Origin: Octopus vulgaris
Taxonomy: Eukaryota
NCBI GenBank assembly: GCA_951406725.2
Contig: OX597839.1
Coordinates: 39,804,001 to 39,868,000, forward strand
Direction: 5' to 3'
DNA: 64,000 nt
Part shown: positions 43,805 through 58,257 of the stretch, piece after piece
Numbering within the stretch: the stretch's first letter is position 1
Layout of the letters: the number at the start of each line of letters is the position of its first letter
Position numbers and translations under genes: made by a program
The notes under the pieces: generated by a model
What the model was told of the DNA's origin: nothing
What the model saw: only the letters and a program-made list of their open reading frames with translations
Database searches by the model: none

Positions 43805-44187
43805 ATGCTCAGGTGTAGTTGGGTGGCAAAAGGCTTGCTTCCCGACAACGTGGTTCAGGGTTCAGTCTCACTCTGTCGCACCTTCGGCAAATGACTTCCA
43901 CTTTATGCTCGCGCCAACAAAGCCTTCTGAGCAGATTTGGTAGACAGAAACTGAAAGAAGACCGCCATATGTATATATATATATATATATATATACTGAA
44001 AATCGAGATCGAGCGAGCTTTTGCCCTTTTGCTCGACGTGTGGTTTCCGCCCACGCTGAGCTCGCCTTGCGTGTGTGTGTATGTGTGTGTGTGTATTTAT
44101 TTGCATGTGTCTTTGTTTGTCCCTCATCACCGCTTGACAACCGGTGGTGGAGTGTTTAGGTGCCAATAACTTAGCGGTTCAGCAAAA
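43805..44187 (+). mobile_element. SINE family A, decayed
   Basis: GATTTGGTAGACAGAAACTGAAAGAAG...CACCGCTTGACAACCG...CTTAGCGGTTCAGCAAAA. Confidence 0.75.
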
Positions 44188-44189
44188 CA

Positions 44190-44224
<35 letters not shown>

Positions 44225-45133
44225 GCACACGTACTAGATGAACTAGGATGGATAATGTGCATTATTGTGCAGTCTCCGAAATGGTGGACATGTTATTAGA
44301 TTCTCGTAGTTAAACAATTAAATTAACGATGACGATGATCATAGCAATAATGACGATGACGATGGTGATGACAATGATGATGATAATGATGGCGACAACG
44401 ACAACTACGATGATGATGATGAATGTGATGAAGTTGAAGATGAAGCAGATGTAGATGAAAGGTTCTCATATCGACAGTTAAACGGAGATGCAGAGGGAGT
44501 GTGCGAGAAGATGATCAAAGCTGATAACGCGGCGTTCGTTGCTGACGGAAACAAGAGATAATAAATCTTTTATTTATTTGACGAATGAAAATTACTCCGA
44601 GAACGACCTTAAACATATGAAATAAACCTTGCTCGGATGAAAGGGCATTCAAGAAATAAAGCGAGCATAATATGTACCAAAGGAGGAAACCACCAACAGC
44701 GAATGCTGTCGTTTCATATTTAAGTACCCCGGAGGTACGTTCTAGAACTTCAGAAAATCCATTTAAAAGACAGTCATTAAATGAAACACGATAGTCCTTG
44801 GAGACATCAACTTCCAAATCATTTTAATTAGCTCTACAGTATTACTTTATTTCATTAAATCATGCAATCCACTTTTAATTTGCATATTAATTCAATTTCA
44901 TTGTGTGACTATCGATCTTACATCATTGAGACAAACTGTATTAATGAACATGCAATATGTATATACAGGCGCAATAGTGCCTGCAAGGTAATAAGGTTGT
45001 TTCTTAACCACATGGTTCGGCTTTCGGCCCCGCTGCGTGGCACTGAAGAAGACAAGTATCTTCTATATTAACTCCAGGACAACCTTGTCTGCCTTGTGAA
45101 TGGATCTGGCAGACGGAAACTGATAGAAGCCTG

Positions 45134-45189
<56 letters not shown>

Positions 45190-45569
45190 TAATAAAATAT
45201 TAGGGAATAAATCCAAACTTACAGGGAAAAATCAGATTTAGGATTAAATCCAATTTTATAGTATAAATATATTATATTATATTATATTGAATTAGAGATA
45301 AAACCACTATTAGGCAAATCAAACAATGAAAAACATAAGCCAATACATAAAATTAATTAATTTATATTATTTTAAATATATATCAAAAGTATTAAAAGTT
45401 TAATAAAAGATAAATATATATATATATTTCGGAATGTACTTGCATAGCGAGTGACTTGATCTGAGATCGTGTTGTGCTGGAACGAAAACAATTGCAGCGT
45501 GAAAGGTGTCTATAAGCCATTTAAGAAACACACAAACACCGTTAGATTCACTTCAACATTTAAATTTAA

Positions 45570-45620
45570 TTTGTCAAAATATTTTCGTCGCTTTCAGACC
45601 GCGACCTGTTCACTGACAAA
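45570..45620 (-). ncRNA. Type I hammerhead fold with G3-C8 swapped core, in a ~200-bp insert (45425-45632)
   Basis: Minus strand: TTTGTCA [GTGAACA] G GTCGC-GGTCTGAAA-GCGAC [GAA] AATATT T TGACAAA. Perfect 7-bp stem I, 5-bp stem II, palindromic stem III. Confidence 0.65.
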
Positions 45621-45629
45621 GCTTCGTGC

Positions 45630-45699
<70 letters not shown>

Positions 45700-45705
45700 C
45701 ATATA

Positions 45706-45900
45706 TAAAACCACATGTGAATCATTGGTGATTTTCTTTCTCCGTATTCCCTTCTTTTTGACTTTCCTGTGTTTCCGAAGAAGAGCATCTGCTCGAAACG
45801 TTAAACCATTCTTTCCTTTCCTGAGTGTCAGCTAATACATTACATGTACCACGTCCTCGCGTTATTTTTTTTCGTGCTTGTTCTTTTTAGGATTTACTAT
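45706..45900 (+). mobile_element. Family F insert in (TA)n with minimal hammerhead (45771-45806)
   Basis: GTTT [CCGAAGA] A GAGC-ATCT-GCTC [GAA] ACGT T AAAC; homologous to 48898-49112 and 56801-57010. Confidence 0.72.
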
Positions 45901-46238
45901 ATATGTATATATACGTATATGTATGTATATATCTTAAGTAATGAAAAAATGTTGTTTCCTAATGAAAGTGTAGGAAGAAAAATGTATGTTGTGATGCATT
46001 AATGAAGCCTATGAATTTTCATCCGCAAGTTATATGTATGTATACATATATGTGTGTGTGTGTGCATGTGTACACGTAAGCACACACACACACACAGACA
46101 CACACACGCACACACATACTCACACACACGTATATGATAGGTATTAGTGACGGAAGCAGTCGTTGTAGAAATATTTATTTATACATCTAAGTTAACATTT
46201 ATATATGTAATTATATATATATTCACAAACTCACACAC

Positions 46239-46767
<529 letters not shown>

Positions 46768-46864
46768 TTATCTACATCTCTGTCTCTCACTTTATATATA
46801 TATATATATATATATTCACACACCTATCTATCTATCTATTTATCTACATCTCTCTCTCTCTCTC

Positions 46865-46900
<36 letters not shown>

Positions 46901-47587
46901 TGCATCCATAAATACGTACCCTTACATACACGTAGAGAAATAAATATATGTTTAATACACGTGATCTCTCAGCATCATAGCACGATAGAGCGAGAGTAGT
47001 AGAACGAGAAAATTACAGACCCGAAACTCTAGACATAAAAATTTTAGTGAAATTTATTCCGAAGCATCTATTATGGATTCTACGAAAAAAATGAAAATTT
47101 ATACATAAAGTATTAAAAAAACCTGAAATAATAAAATAAGATTTTAAAATGAAATAGATTATTACTATTATAATTTTTTTTTTGCAATATTCAGATATAA
47201 ATAACGTAATAAATTTTGCTTTGTCCTGATATAAAACTTAGGAAGAATACAGAATATATTAAATAGTAGTAAAACTCGAATATTTTTATATATTGAGATG
47301 CAGGGTGTAGTATTAAAAAGTATGAAATATTTGGAAACAGGAGATAAAAAAGATATGAATATCGTAAATTAAAATGATGATAGGAGAATACGTTATACAG
47401 CATGAATACAATACATAAATGGAATGCAAATCTATATATAAATGCACCTATATATATGTGTATATACATATATACATATCTGTGCGTGTGTGTATGTATA
47501 TATATATATATATATTATACACACACATATATAAATGAATATCAGTTTGTAAGTAGAGGTATATAGTTACATATAATTATCTGTCTG

Positions 47588-47668
<81 letters not shown>

Positions 47669-47680
47669 GTCTCTCTATCT

Positions 47681-48139
47681 ATCTCTGGTCAATCTCTCAT
47701 CAACTTCTTCAAGTACCACTTGAAAAGGAAAGTGAGAGTGGAGAGGCAAGTTTTGAAAACAGAGGGTTACCCACTTGCGAACAAATGTAGTAACATATAA
47801 CAATATTGACCGAGGTTACCGTGGTCTTTTTCGTAGGCTTCTCTTCCCACGGATACACCTTATCTGCCTCCCCCTTTACACCGTACATCATGACACTGTG
47901 ATACACGATCCCTATTGATCGTTTTTTTTCCTCTTACCCTTTTTTCCTATTTTTTCTTCTTTTTTCTTTTCTTTTGTTTCCTTTCCTTTTTTTTCCTTCT
48001 TTCTTTTTCGCTTTTACGATCCCTTTTGATCGAAAACCTACGGCACTTTTTTTTCTTTTTTTTCATCCCCCAAAAGAAAAGCTCTACCTTGAAATTTGTC
48101 CCATCTGTGTGCAGCCCTGTGTGGCCAATGAAGAAAATT
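47681..48139 (+). mobile_element. Longest copy of the (CTAT)n-associated element; Tx1/L1-like ORF2 C-terminus plus T-rich 3'UTR
   Basis: Begins with the frame GQSLINFFKYHLKRKVRVERQVLK, reminiscent of Tx1-clade ORF2 ends; CTAT on both flanks. The clade call is tentative. Confidence 0.6.
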
Positions 48140-48422
48140 ATCTATCTATTTATCTATATGTATGCAGGTGTGTATATAAACATAACTGTATGTGTGTGTG
48201 TGTTTATGTGTATACATATTTGTATGTATATGTAGAGATTTGCATATATACATACATACGCACGTTCGTATGAGAGGTACAGTCTGTCTATGCTTGAATG
48301 AGTTTGAAAATATGTAGACATAATTCATATTTGTTTGATTATCGTCTGGAAAATATACTGTGATATTTTACGGATAGAATATAGCATATTGTGATTTCCA
48401 CATAAGCACCCTGACATGCGCT

Positions 48423-48628
48423 CCGTTAGCACGCCGGGTGAAATGCGTAGCCGTACTTCGTCTGCCGTTACGTTCTGAGTTCAAATTCCGCCGAGGTCGA
48501 CTTTGCTTTTCATCCTTTAGGGGTCGATAAAATTTAGTACCAGTGGGGTTGATGTAATCGACTTAATCCGTTTGTCTGTCCTTGTTTGTCCCCTCTATGT
48601 TTAGCCCCTTGTGGTTAATAAAGAAACA
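48423..48628 (+). mobile_element. SINE family B
   Basis: CGTTAGCACGCCGGGTGAAATGCG...TTTAGCCCCTTGTGG. Confidence 0.85.
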
Positions 48629-48644
48629 TATATGTATATTATTT

Positions 48645-48864
48645 CACGTGTTCAGTCATTTGACTGCGGCCATGCTGGGGCACCGCATTTAGTCGAGCAA
48701 ATCGACCCTAGGAGTTATTCTTTGCAATCCTAGTACTACTTCTCTCGGTCGCTTTTGCCGAATCGCTAATGTTACGGGGGACGTAAACACACCAGCATCG
48801 GTTGTTAAGCGATGGTGGGGGACAAACACAGATACACAAACATATACACACACTCACACGCACA

Positions 48865-48902
<38 letters not shown>

Positions 48903-49290
48903 ATCCAAACATGAAAACACAAAGAGAAAACACAACAACGCGAGGACGTGGAACAAATATAGTATTATTGGACGCTCAGGAAGGAAGGGAAAAAGGAGGG
49001 TTTAACGTTTCTAGCGGAGCTCTTCGTCGGAAACATAGGAAAAGGAAAGATCCAGAGAAGGGAAGACAGAGGAAAAATAATCGCCAACGGTACACACGCG
49101 GTCACATTTTGAATATATATATATACGACGGGCTTCTTTCAGTTTCCGTCTACCAAATCCACTCACAAGGGTTTGGTCGGCCCGAGGCTATAGTAGAAGT
49201 CAATTTCCAAAGGTGCCATGCAGTGGGACTGAACCCGGAAACCCTGTGGTTGGTAAGCAAGATACTTACCATACACTCACTTTTCCGCCT
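48645..49290 (-). mobile_element. SINE family A with nested family F insert (48898-49112; hammerhead 49000-49034, minus)
   Basis: The insert sits in the TA tract. Minus strand GTTT [CCGACGA] A GAGC-TCC-GCTA [GAA] ACGT T AAAC. Confidence 0.82.
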
Positions 49291-49673
49291 ATGAGTATGT
49301 ACGTCAAATCGCCTAACCACGAAGAGCATGCTCGCAAGAAAAAAAAAATTCAGTAAAACGCCAGAAATGGCGGTGCCTCAGCATGTCCACAGCTCGTGAG
49401 CTGAAACTAGATGAAATAAAATAAATAAAATAAGATGTAAAAATGAGCAGGACTAATGTAAATATAAGAAATAAAAATATTTAAATAACGATGTCCTCTA
49501 ACCGGTGAATTAGCTGTAGAAACTTATTAGTTTAAGAGATATTTCCGGCCTCAGCGCGCCAAAAGGAGGACATTTGAAAAATTCACCCAACTATAATTTG
49601 CAAAACTTTATACATGTTCCCTTTCGGGTGAGCGTTCTGTACCTAGTTCTGGAAATTATGTTTTGTAAGCAAC

Positions 49674-50056
49674 AGGCGCAGGAGTGGCTGTGTGGTAAGT
49701 GGGTTGCTTACCAACCACATGGTTCCGGGTTCAGTCCCACTGCGTGGCATCTTGGGAAAGTGTCTTCTGCTATAGCCCTGGGCCGACCAATGCCTTGTGA
49801 GTGCATTTGGTAGACGGAAACTGAAAGAAGCCTGTCGAATATATGTGTATATATATATATATGTGTGAGTGTTTTTGTGTGTCTGTGTTTGTCCCCCTAG
49901 CATTTCTTGACAACCGATGCTGGTGTGTTTATATACATATATATGTATATATATGTATATGTATATATATATATGTGTATATATATGTATATATATATGT
50001 ATATAGATATGTATATATATATATGTATATGTATATATATGTATATGTATATGTAT

Positions 50057-50146
<90 letters not shown>

Positions 50147-50365
50147 GTAATTTTCTCGTTCTTCTACTCTCGCTCTATCGTGCTATGATGCTGAGAGCTT
50201 ACGTGTAATGAACATATATTTATTTCTCTTAGCGGTTCGGCAAAACAGACCGATAGAATAAGTACTGGGCTTACAAAAGAATAAGTCCCGGGGTCGAGTT
50301 GCTCGACTAAAGGCGGTGCTCCAGCATGGCCGCAGTCAAAATGACTGCAACAAGTAAAAGAGTAA
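49674..50365 (+). mobile_element. SINE family A, interrupted by a long TA tract plus an 84-bp foreign segment
   Basis: Intact head at 49674; the right part resumes at CTTAGCGGTTCGGC near 50228. Confidence 0.88.
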
Positions 50366-50682
50366 AAAAAAAAGAGAGAGAGAGAGAGAGAGACTACACT
50401 GATGAGCCTGCATATATTTACATTCGTAAATATTAACAATGGAAACCATTGTACATATATACATACACACACAAAGGTATTGCAACCAATATACATCCTT
50501 CTTTGATCTATCTATCTGTCTGTCTATCGGCCTGATTATGTTTTTGCCTTTTCTCCGTTTGACTGCTATTCTCTCTGTATCTGAACGTTCCTTTGTAAAT
50601 TGTGTATTTCAATATATGTGAGGTCCTGTCTTCATGTCTAATTTAAATTAAAGTCTTCCTGTTTATACGCATGTATCGATAT

Positions 50683-50750
<68 letters not shown>

Positions 50751-50758
50751 TTATCTAC

Positions 50759-50798
<40 letters not shown>

Positions 50799-50799
50799 A

Positions 50800-50868
<69 letters not shown>

Positions 50869-51072
50869 ATCTATCTATCAATCTATCAATTTATGAGTTT
50901 ATATACTTATATCTATATAGCTATATCTATTTAAGTATGTACTTATGTATATATATGTATATATATTTATATATGTACATATATATGAGTGTCGATATAT
51001 AATCTGTGTTTGCGTATATATATATATATATATGTACAATTATATATAGATATACACATATATATATGTGTT

Positions 51073-51126
<54 letters not shown>

Positions 51127-51558
51127 TATACATATATATATAAATATATATACACATATATTCACACATATATATATAAATATATACACACATATATATA
51201 TACATATATACACATATATATATTCGAACGAACCTATGTACCTATGTCTCTATGTCTGAGTTTGTGCGTGTATGTGCGTGCCTGGTTTATGTTTGGTCGG
51301 TCACGTGTGTCTATAAATTAACAACGCCATAGATTATTGGTTCCCTCTGATACTCCTGCAGGGAAATAATCCTTTCCGTTAATGATGTCCTAAAACACCC
51401 AATGGACATATTGGTTTAATTAATGAGACGGGAGAGAAATTGTGAGCAATATAATACATACACACACACACACACACAAACACAGATATACACCTGTATG
51501 TATATATGAATATACGTACATACATATGTATGTACATATAAATATATATATGTATGTA

Positions 51559-51621
<63 letters not shown>

Positions 51622-51800
51622 ATGCATATATATATATGTATATGTATGTATATAGATATGTATATATATATATATATGTATATAGATGTGTATATATATG
51701 TATATATAACAGAACTATATCTACAGACACAATCATTACATATATATACATATCCACACACATATATACACACATATATATACATGCATACACACACACA

Positions 51801-51835
<35 letters not shown>

Positions 51836-51928
51836 TACATATACATATACACATATATATATTTGTATGTGTATATATGTGTATTTAAATATAAGTATAT
51901 ATACATATGCACACAGACACACGCATAT

Positions 51929-51986
<58 letters not shown>

Positions 51987-52001
51987 CATACATGTGCACA
52001 A

Positions 52002-52034
<33 letters not shown>

Positions 52035-52443
52035 CTCACATATACTGCCGTGCTTAATTATTCTTTCAAATCTAAATATTCATTGGATATTGTTTGTTTG
52101 TTGTTGTTTTCATGTTAAAGGCGAAATGTCTCTTCATCACCTGAAGGATTGAAACTACACAGAAAAACCATCGCATTCACGCACACACGGAAACAGACAC
52201 ACACAGACACACACACACACACATGAACAGTGTGAAGCACACACCCACGTACACACATAACAAGTGCGCGGTTTAAAACACACATAACACACAGAGATGC
52301 ATTCAGTCATATATTTACGTATATAAAATGGAGATATAAGGAATTGTCGGCGATTACATTTGAAATAAATTGATAAACAAGTAAATCTACCAACCTATCT
52401 CCCCATCCCCTGTCTCTCTCCATCTATCTATTTGTCTGTCCGG

Positions 52444-52579
<136 letters not shown>

Positions 52580-52641
52580 TTGTCTGTCTGTCTGTCTGGC
52601 TGGCTATCTCTATCTATCTATCTATCTATCTATCTACCTAC

Positions 52642-52695
<54 letters not shown>

Positions 52696-52922
52696 CTGTC
52701 TCTCTCTCTCTCTATCTATATATTTATCTATCTATTTATCTATCTATCTATTTATCAGTCTGTCTATCTATCTACGTATGTATGCATGTATGTATCTATC
52801 TATCTATCATCTTTTTTTAAAACATTTTTTTTTTGCAAATGTCTGATAATACAGACATAGACTTGCTAAAATGCATCAATAAATTAACATTGATTTTTTA
52901 CCGTTGTTACAAATCCTCTGAA

Positions 52923-53694
52923 ATGAAACTGTCAAAGCTCGATATTCGACGTAAATCAGCTGAAACCGCTCGCGATATCAACGAAACATTTGGTGAGGAA
53001 AATGTCCAGTGAGTGGTGAGCTCTAAAAGGGTTTAAACGATTTCGAAGTGGAGACCTCAGCCTTGGAGATCGTGAGCGTAGTGGATGCCCATCTGTCATT
53101 GGAGACAGTCAATTAAAGACCGTCATTGAGAAAGATAGACGTAAAACCACTCGAGAACTGGCAAAAGAACTTCAAATTACCCAGAATACTGCCTGCAACG
53201 ATTTTCCTGTGATCGGAAAATCAAAACTGCTCGACAAATGGGTGCCACACGATTTGAATGAAAATCCGAAAATGCGCAGATATGAAATTTGCTCGTCGCT
53301 TCTCCGTAACCAGACCGATCCATTTCTCGACTGTATTGTAACTTGCGATGAAAAGTGGATTCTGTACAATAATAAAAAATGTTCTTCGTAGTGGTTTGAC
53401 CAAAATAAAGCAAAGAAACCTTCCCCAAATCCAAGCTCTTCAAAAAGATGGTTATGGTGGCTTGTGATGTACTACTGGACTCATACTCTATAACTTTTTA
53501 AAACACGGATAAACCATTACTGCAGAGAGATATTGCAATGGAATTGCTAAATAAACGAAAAACTGCCACTCGTCCGCCCCAGACTGGTCAATAGAAGAGG
53601 GCCAATCAATCTTCATGGTAATACTCAACCACACGTTTCACTAATGATGCATCAAAAATTGAGGGAACTTGGCTACAAAGTTCTTCCCCACGCC
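52923..53694 (+). pseudogene. Decayed mariner (Tc1/mariner, DD34D-type) transposase, 3' truncated
   Basis: Motifs across frames: AETARDINETFGE, FKRFRSGDLSL, KTTRELAKEL, DKWVPHDL, IVTCDEKWILYNN, LHGNTQPH (HDNARPH-like), LGYKVLPH; stops and frameshifts present. Confidence 0.92.
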
Positions 53695-54211
53695 GAGAGA
53701 GAGAGAGGCAGAAAGAGAGAGGCGTGGCGGAAAAGGGAGATGTGTGTGTAGAAGTTGATAATTAAATTCGTATAACAAAAACACCTTTAGGTGATTATTC
53801 CGGAGCATATTCACCATCTACTGCAATTACTGCTTACCATTTGCTTGGCAGACGGTGGGAATATTCATTTAAAGACGTTTTTTTTTTTTAATATTGTTAA
53901 TGTTGAATAAAATTTGTTGAAAAAAAGCCGCAATAATTATGCACCAATCTGAAATAATGTCTCTCTGCTTGAAAGAGGCGTGGAAGTTGAGGAAAACTGG
54001 AAGTAAGTCATGTTTCATTCCGGATGTCAGGTTGACCTTGATGAGTGCCCCACCCCCATATTCTTCAGAACTAGCACCAGCAACACCACCAACGACACGT
54101 CTACCACCAGCATCACCACCACTATTCCTACGACTACTTAGACGACCACCATTGCCATAATTCAAAAACACCAACACCACCATCATCCTTATCATAATCA
54201 TACTAACCGGT

Positions 54212-54233
54212 ATCATCATCATCATCGTCATCG

Positions 54234-54285
<52 letters not shown>

Positions 54286-54314
54286 AATCATCATCATCGT
54301 CATCGTCATCATCG

Positions 54315-54346
<32 letters not shown>

Positions 54347-54365
54347 GTCATCATCATCGTCATCG

Positions 54366-54403
<38 letters not shown>

Positions 54404-54491
54404 GTCATCATCATCATCGTCATCATCATCATCGTCATCATCATCATCATCATCATAATCATCATCATCATCGTCATCATCATCGTCATCG

Positions 54492-54528
<37 letters not shown>

Positions 54529-54641
54529 AATCATCATCGTCATCATCATCATCGTCATCATCATCATCGTCATCATCATCATCATCATCATAATCATCAT
54601 CATCATCGTCATCATCATCGTCATCGTCATCATCGTCATCG

Positions 54642-54678
<37 letters not shown>

Positions 54679-54884
54679 AATCATCATCATCATCGTCATC
54701 ATCATCATCGTCATCATCATCATCATCATAATCATCATCATCATCGTCATCATCATCGTCATCGTCATCATCGTCATCATCATCATCATCATCATAATCA
54801 TCATCATCATCGTCATCATCATCATCATCATCATAATCATCATCATCATCGTCATCATCATCATCGTCATCATCATCGTCATCG
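54212..54884. repeat. (CAT)n/(CGT) microsatellite
   Basis: Direct read; source of the poly-D and poly-M ORFs. Confidence 0.95.
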
Positions 54885-54998
54885 TTTTTGTTGTCGACAT
54901 GGTACTTTATCCCCCACCACCTCACTTCCCACTCCAATTTCCCTCCACCTCCAACTCCATCACCAATCTCTTCTCCTCCTTCCCGTCAGTATCATCAT

Positions 54999-55044
<46 letters not shown>

Positions 55045-55343
55045 GCCTCTACAGTATCTGCATCATTACGATGATGATGATGATGATGATGGTTATTATT
55101 GATACTACTACTACTACTACTGTTGTGTTATACATCGTCAACATCATAATTCTCTTCTGGCTCTTCTCCTACACCTCATCCTACACCTCATCTTGAATAC
55201 AAACAGCAGCAGCAGCAGCAGCATCCATCTAATGTATGATTACAAAAAATTAAATAAATATAGGAAATAAATAAATAAATGACAAACCAAAAACAAAAGC
55301 GATTTTGTGGTGTGTCATAATTTTAACACAACCAACTGACATC

Positions 55344-55356
55344 TGACCTTTGACCT
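55344..55356 (-). promoter_or_regulatory. Perfect nuclear-receptor DR1 element (AGGTCAAAGGTCA)
   Basis: TGACCTTTGACCT in a non-repetitive island; function untested. Confidence 0.35.
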
Positions 55357-55675
55357 GTCGTTGGAAAATTCTCAAACTAAAGTGAGAGCTGTGAGATGGG
55401 AAAATGGCGAAGAGGGTTGGACGGCAGCGGGGTTTAAATTAGCCGATGGCTCGTATTGACTGTGGGAAATCAATGAAGGATTTAGGAGTTTGCAAGAAGA
55501 TTGGTTGCTGAAAGGTTGTGGCTATGGTGGTGGTGGTGGTGGTGGTGGTGGTGGCAGTGGTGGTGGTGGTGGTGGCGGTGATGGAGGGTGAAAAATAGAA
55601 AATTAGAGAGAGAGAGAGGGGCCTGCGAGAGAGAAAGATAGAGAGAGAGAGAAAGACAAAGTTATAGACAAAAGC

Positions 55676-55738
<63 letters not shown>

Positions 55739-56063
55739 CAAATATACATGCATACATATATATACATATATGTATATAAATATTTATATCCAAATATGTG
55801 TGTATATATATATATACATATATGTATATAAATATTTATATCCAAATATGTGTGTGTGTATATATATACATACATACATATATATATAACTACATATATG
55901 TATATATGTATGTACATATGTATGTATATATAAATATATATATATATATTAAATAGGTGTGTATATATAAATATGTATGTATTTATATATATATAACTAC
56001 ATGTATGTATATATATATGTACATATGTTTGTATATATATATATATATATATATATTAAATAG

Positions 56064-56163
<100 letters not shown>

Positions 56164-56330
56164 ATATATTTGTTTGTTTATTTACTCAGCGTCAACCCGA
56201 TACATTCGTCATGTACATCTTTTGGCATTTGTTGATTTTGTTATATATATATCTGATTTGCCTCTCTGTGTGTATGCGTGTGTGTGTATGTGTATCATTC
56301 ATAGTTTATCATTTAATATAAATATAATGA

Positions 56331-56445
56331 TTCGGCAGATTTACGTATAATGCCTTGTACCCTCAAGCAATCCTTCAGGTTCCGTCTATACGAGCCTTAA
56401 GGATTGCTTCGAGGTAAAAACTCCATGATACATAAATCTGCTGAA
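56331..56445. other. ~115-nt imperfect hairpin (pri-miRNA-like or MITE)
   Basis: Inner 56358-56416 TACCCTCAAGCAATCCTTCAGGTTCCGT-CTAT-ACGAGCCTTAAGGATTGCTTCGAGGTA; outer TTCGGCAGATTTACGTAT / ATACATAAATCTGCTGAA. Confidence 0.7.
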
Positions 56446-56800
56446 ATATTGTATTTCCACAGCATGAAACCATTAGCATCTCGCATTTAATTAGCACCTA
56501 TCGTAAATGATAAATGATATTTATTTCTCGCTCGATGGAGCACATTTCTTGTTGATCCTACTAAATACGAAACAGTAAACCGCTTCGAGCCAATCTGGTT
56601 GGAGCACCTTTAACGAAGCTGCACAGAAATCGTCTAGGTCCGGTTGCATATACAACTGCTTACACTCAGTGTAGTGGAAACACGTGTAGGATGTCGTCAC
56701 CATAAAACTATACTGTAAGACATTGTAAAAGGAAAGGAAGTGAATTTTGAGGATTCTCTATCGTCATAATCATTGTATATGTGTATATATATATATATAT

Positions 56801-57010
56801 ATTGTTAATCCAAACAAGAAAACACAAGAAAACACAACAACGCGGGTACGTGGAACAAATATAGTATTATTGGACGCTCAGGAAAGAAGGGAAGAAGGAG
56901 GGTTTAACGTTTCGAGCAGAGCTCTTCGTCGGAAACATAGGAGAAGGAAAGATCCCGAGAAGGGAACACGGAGGAAAAAAATCGCCAACGATACACACGA
57001 GGTCATATGA
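56801..57010 (-). mobile_element. Family F insert with minimal hammerhead (56902-56936)
   Basis: Minus strand GTTT [CCGACGA] A GAGC-TCT-GCTC [GAA] ACGT T AAAC; TA tract at its 3' end. Confidence 0.75.
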
Positions 57011-57214
57011 TTATATACATGCATGCACTGGTATGTATGTATGTGTTTGTATGCTTCTGTTTGTGCGTGTATGTGAGTTTGTGTGTGTTTCAGAAAAAAG
57101 AGATGCCTATGATCATTATGAATAAAAGTTGATAGGATCACGTGCGTAGGCAAACATGCAAACATGCATATACTGAAGGAAAAACATGCAGTCATACGCA
57201 CATACATACATACA

Positions 57215-57298
<84 letters not shown>

Positions 57299-57396
57299 GA
57301 TATACATACTTAAACGCAACACACAAATATATATTATGCGTGTGTATACATATACATACACATATACATACATACATATATATACATATATATACA

Positions 57397-57464
<68 letters not shown>

Positions 57465-57604
57465 CGCACACACCAGTTCAGTTACACTCATTCTCTAATA
57501 CATTAATATCTTAATGGGAGTTGACGTGACATAGTTGTGATGACAACATTGACTATGATGATAGTGATAACGAAGACGGCTACTACTACGACGACGACGA
57601 CGAC

Positions 57605-57673
<69 letters not shown>

Positions 57674-57886
57674 AGAGGTGATCTGGATTGTGGTATTTGG
57701 TGTTATGATGGAGCTCCACAGCGAGAAAACTGGATACTGAAAAAAATTAATCCAGTTCTTATTTCGCTGCCTCGTCTTTCCTCAGTTCATTAATATATCT
57801 GATATGCAGATTCATTAATTAAGTATAGCTATATACACACACAAATATCTATAATGTATATGTGTATCTCTCTCTCCCTCTCTCTC

Positions 57887-57947
<61 letters not shown>

Positions 57948-58117
57948 TATATAATGTTGTATATATGTACACATACATACCCTACGCTACAAGCACTACA
58001 CGCATACATATATAACGTATTCGTATGAATGTGTGTGTGTGTGTATATATATATGAATGTGTATAATTATGTATATCTATATTTGTTTATATGAGTGTAT
58101 ATGTATATATACATGCA

Positions 58118-58151
<34 letters not shown>

Positions 58152-58199
58152 AACATATACACGCATATATACATATATAGATATACATAATTATACACA

Positions 58200-58257
<58 letters not shown>

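Noticed and set aside
44518-44565. CTGATAA...GAAAC motif
   Set aside because: C3 with A8 cannot pair, and there is no stem I or stem III; probably chance.
44515-44817. 100-aa minus-strand ORF in non-repetitive sequence
   Set aside because: Non-ATG start, no recognisable domain and no splice support.
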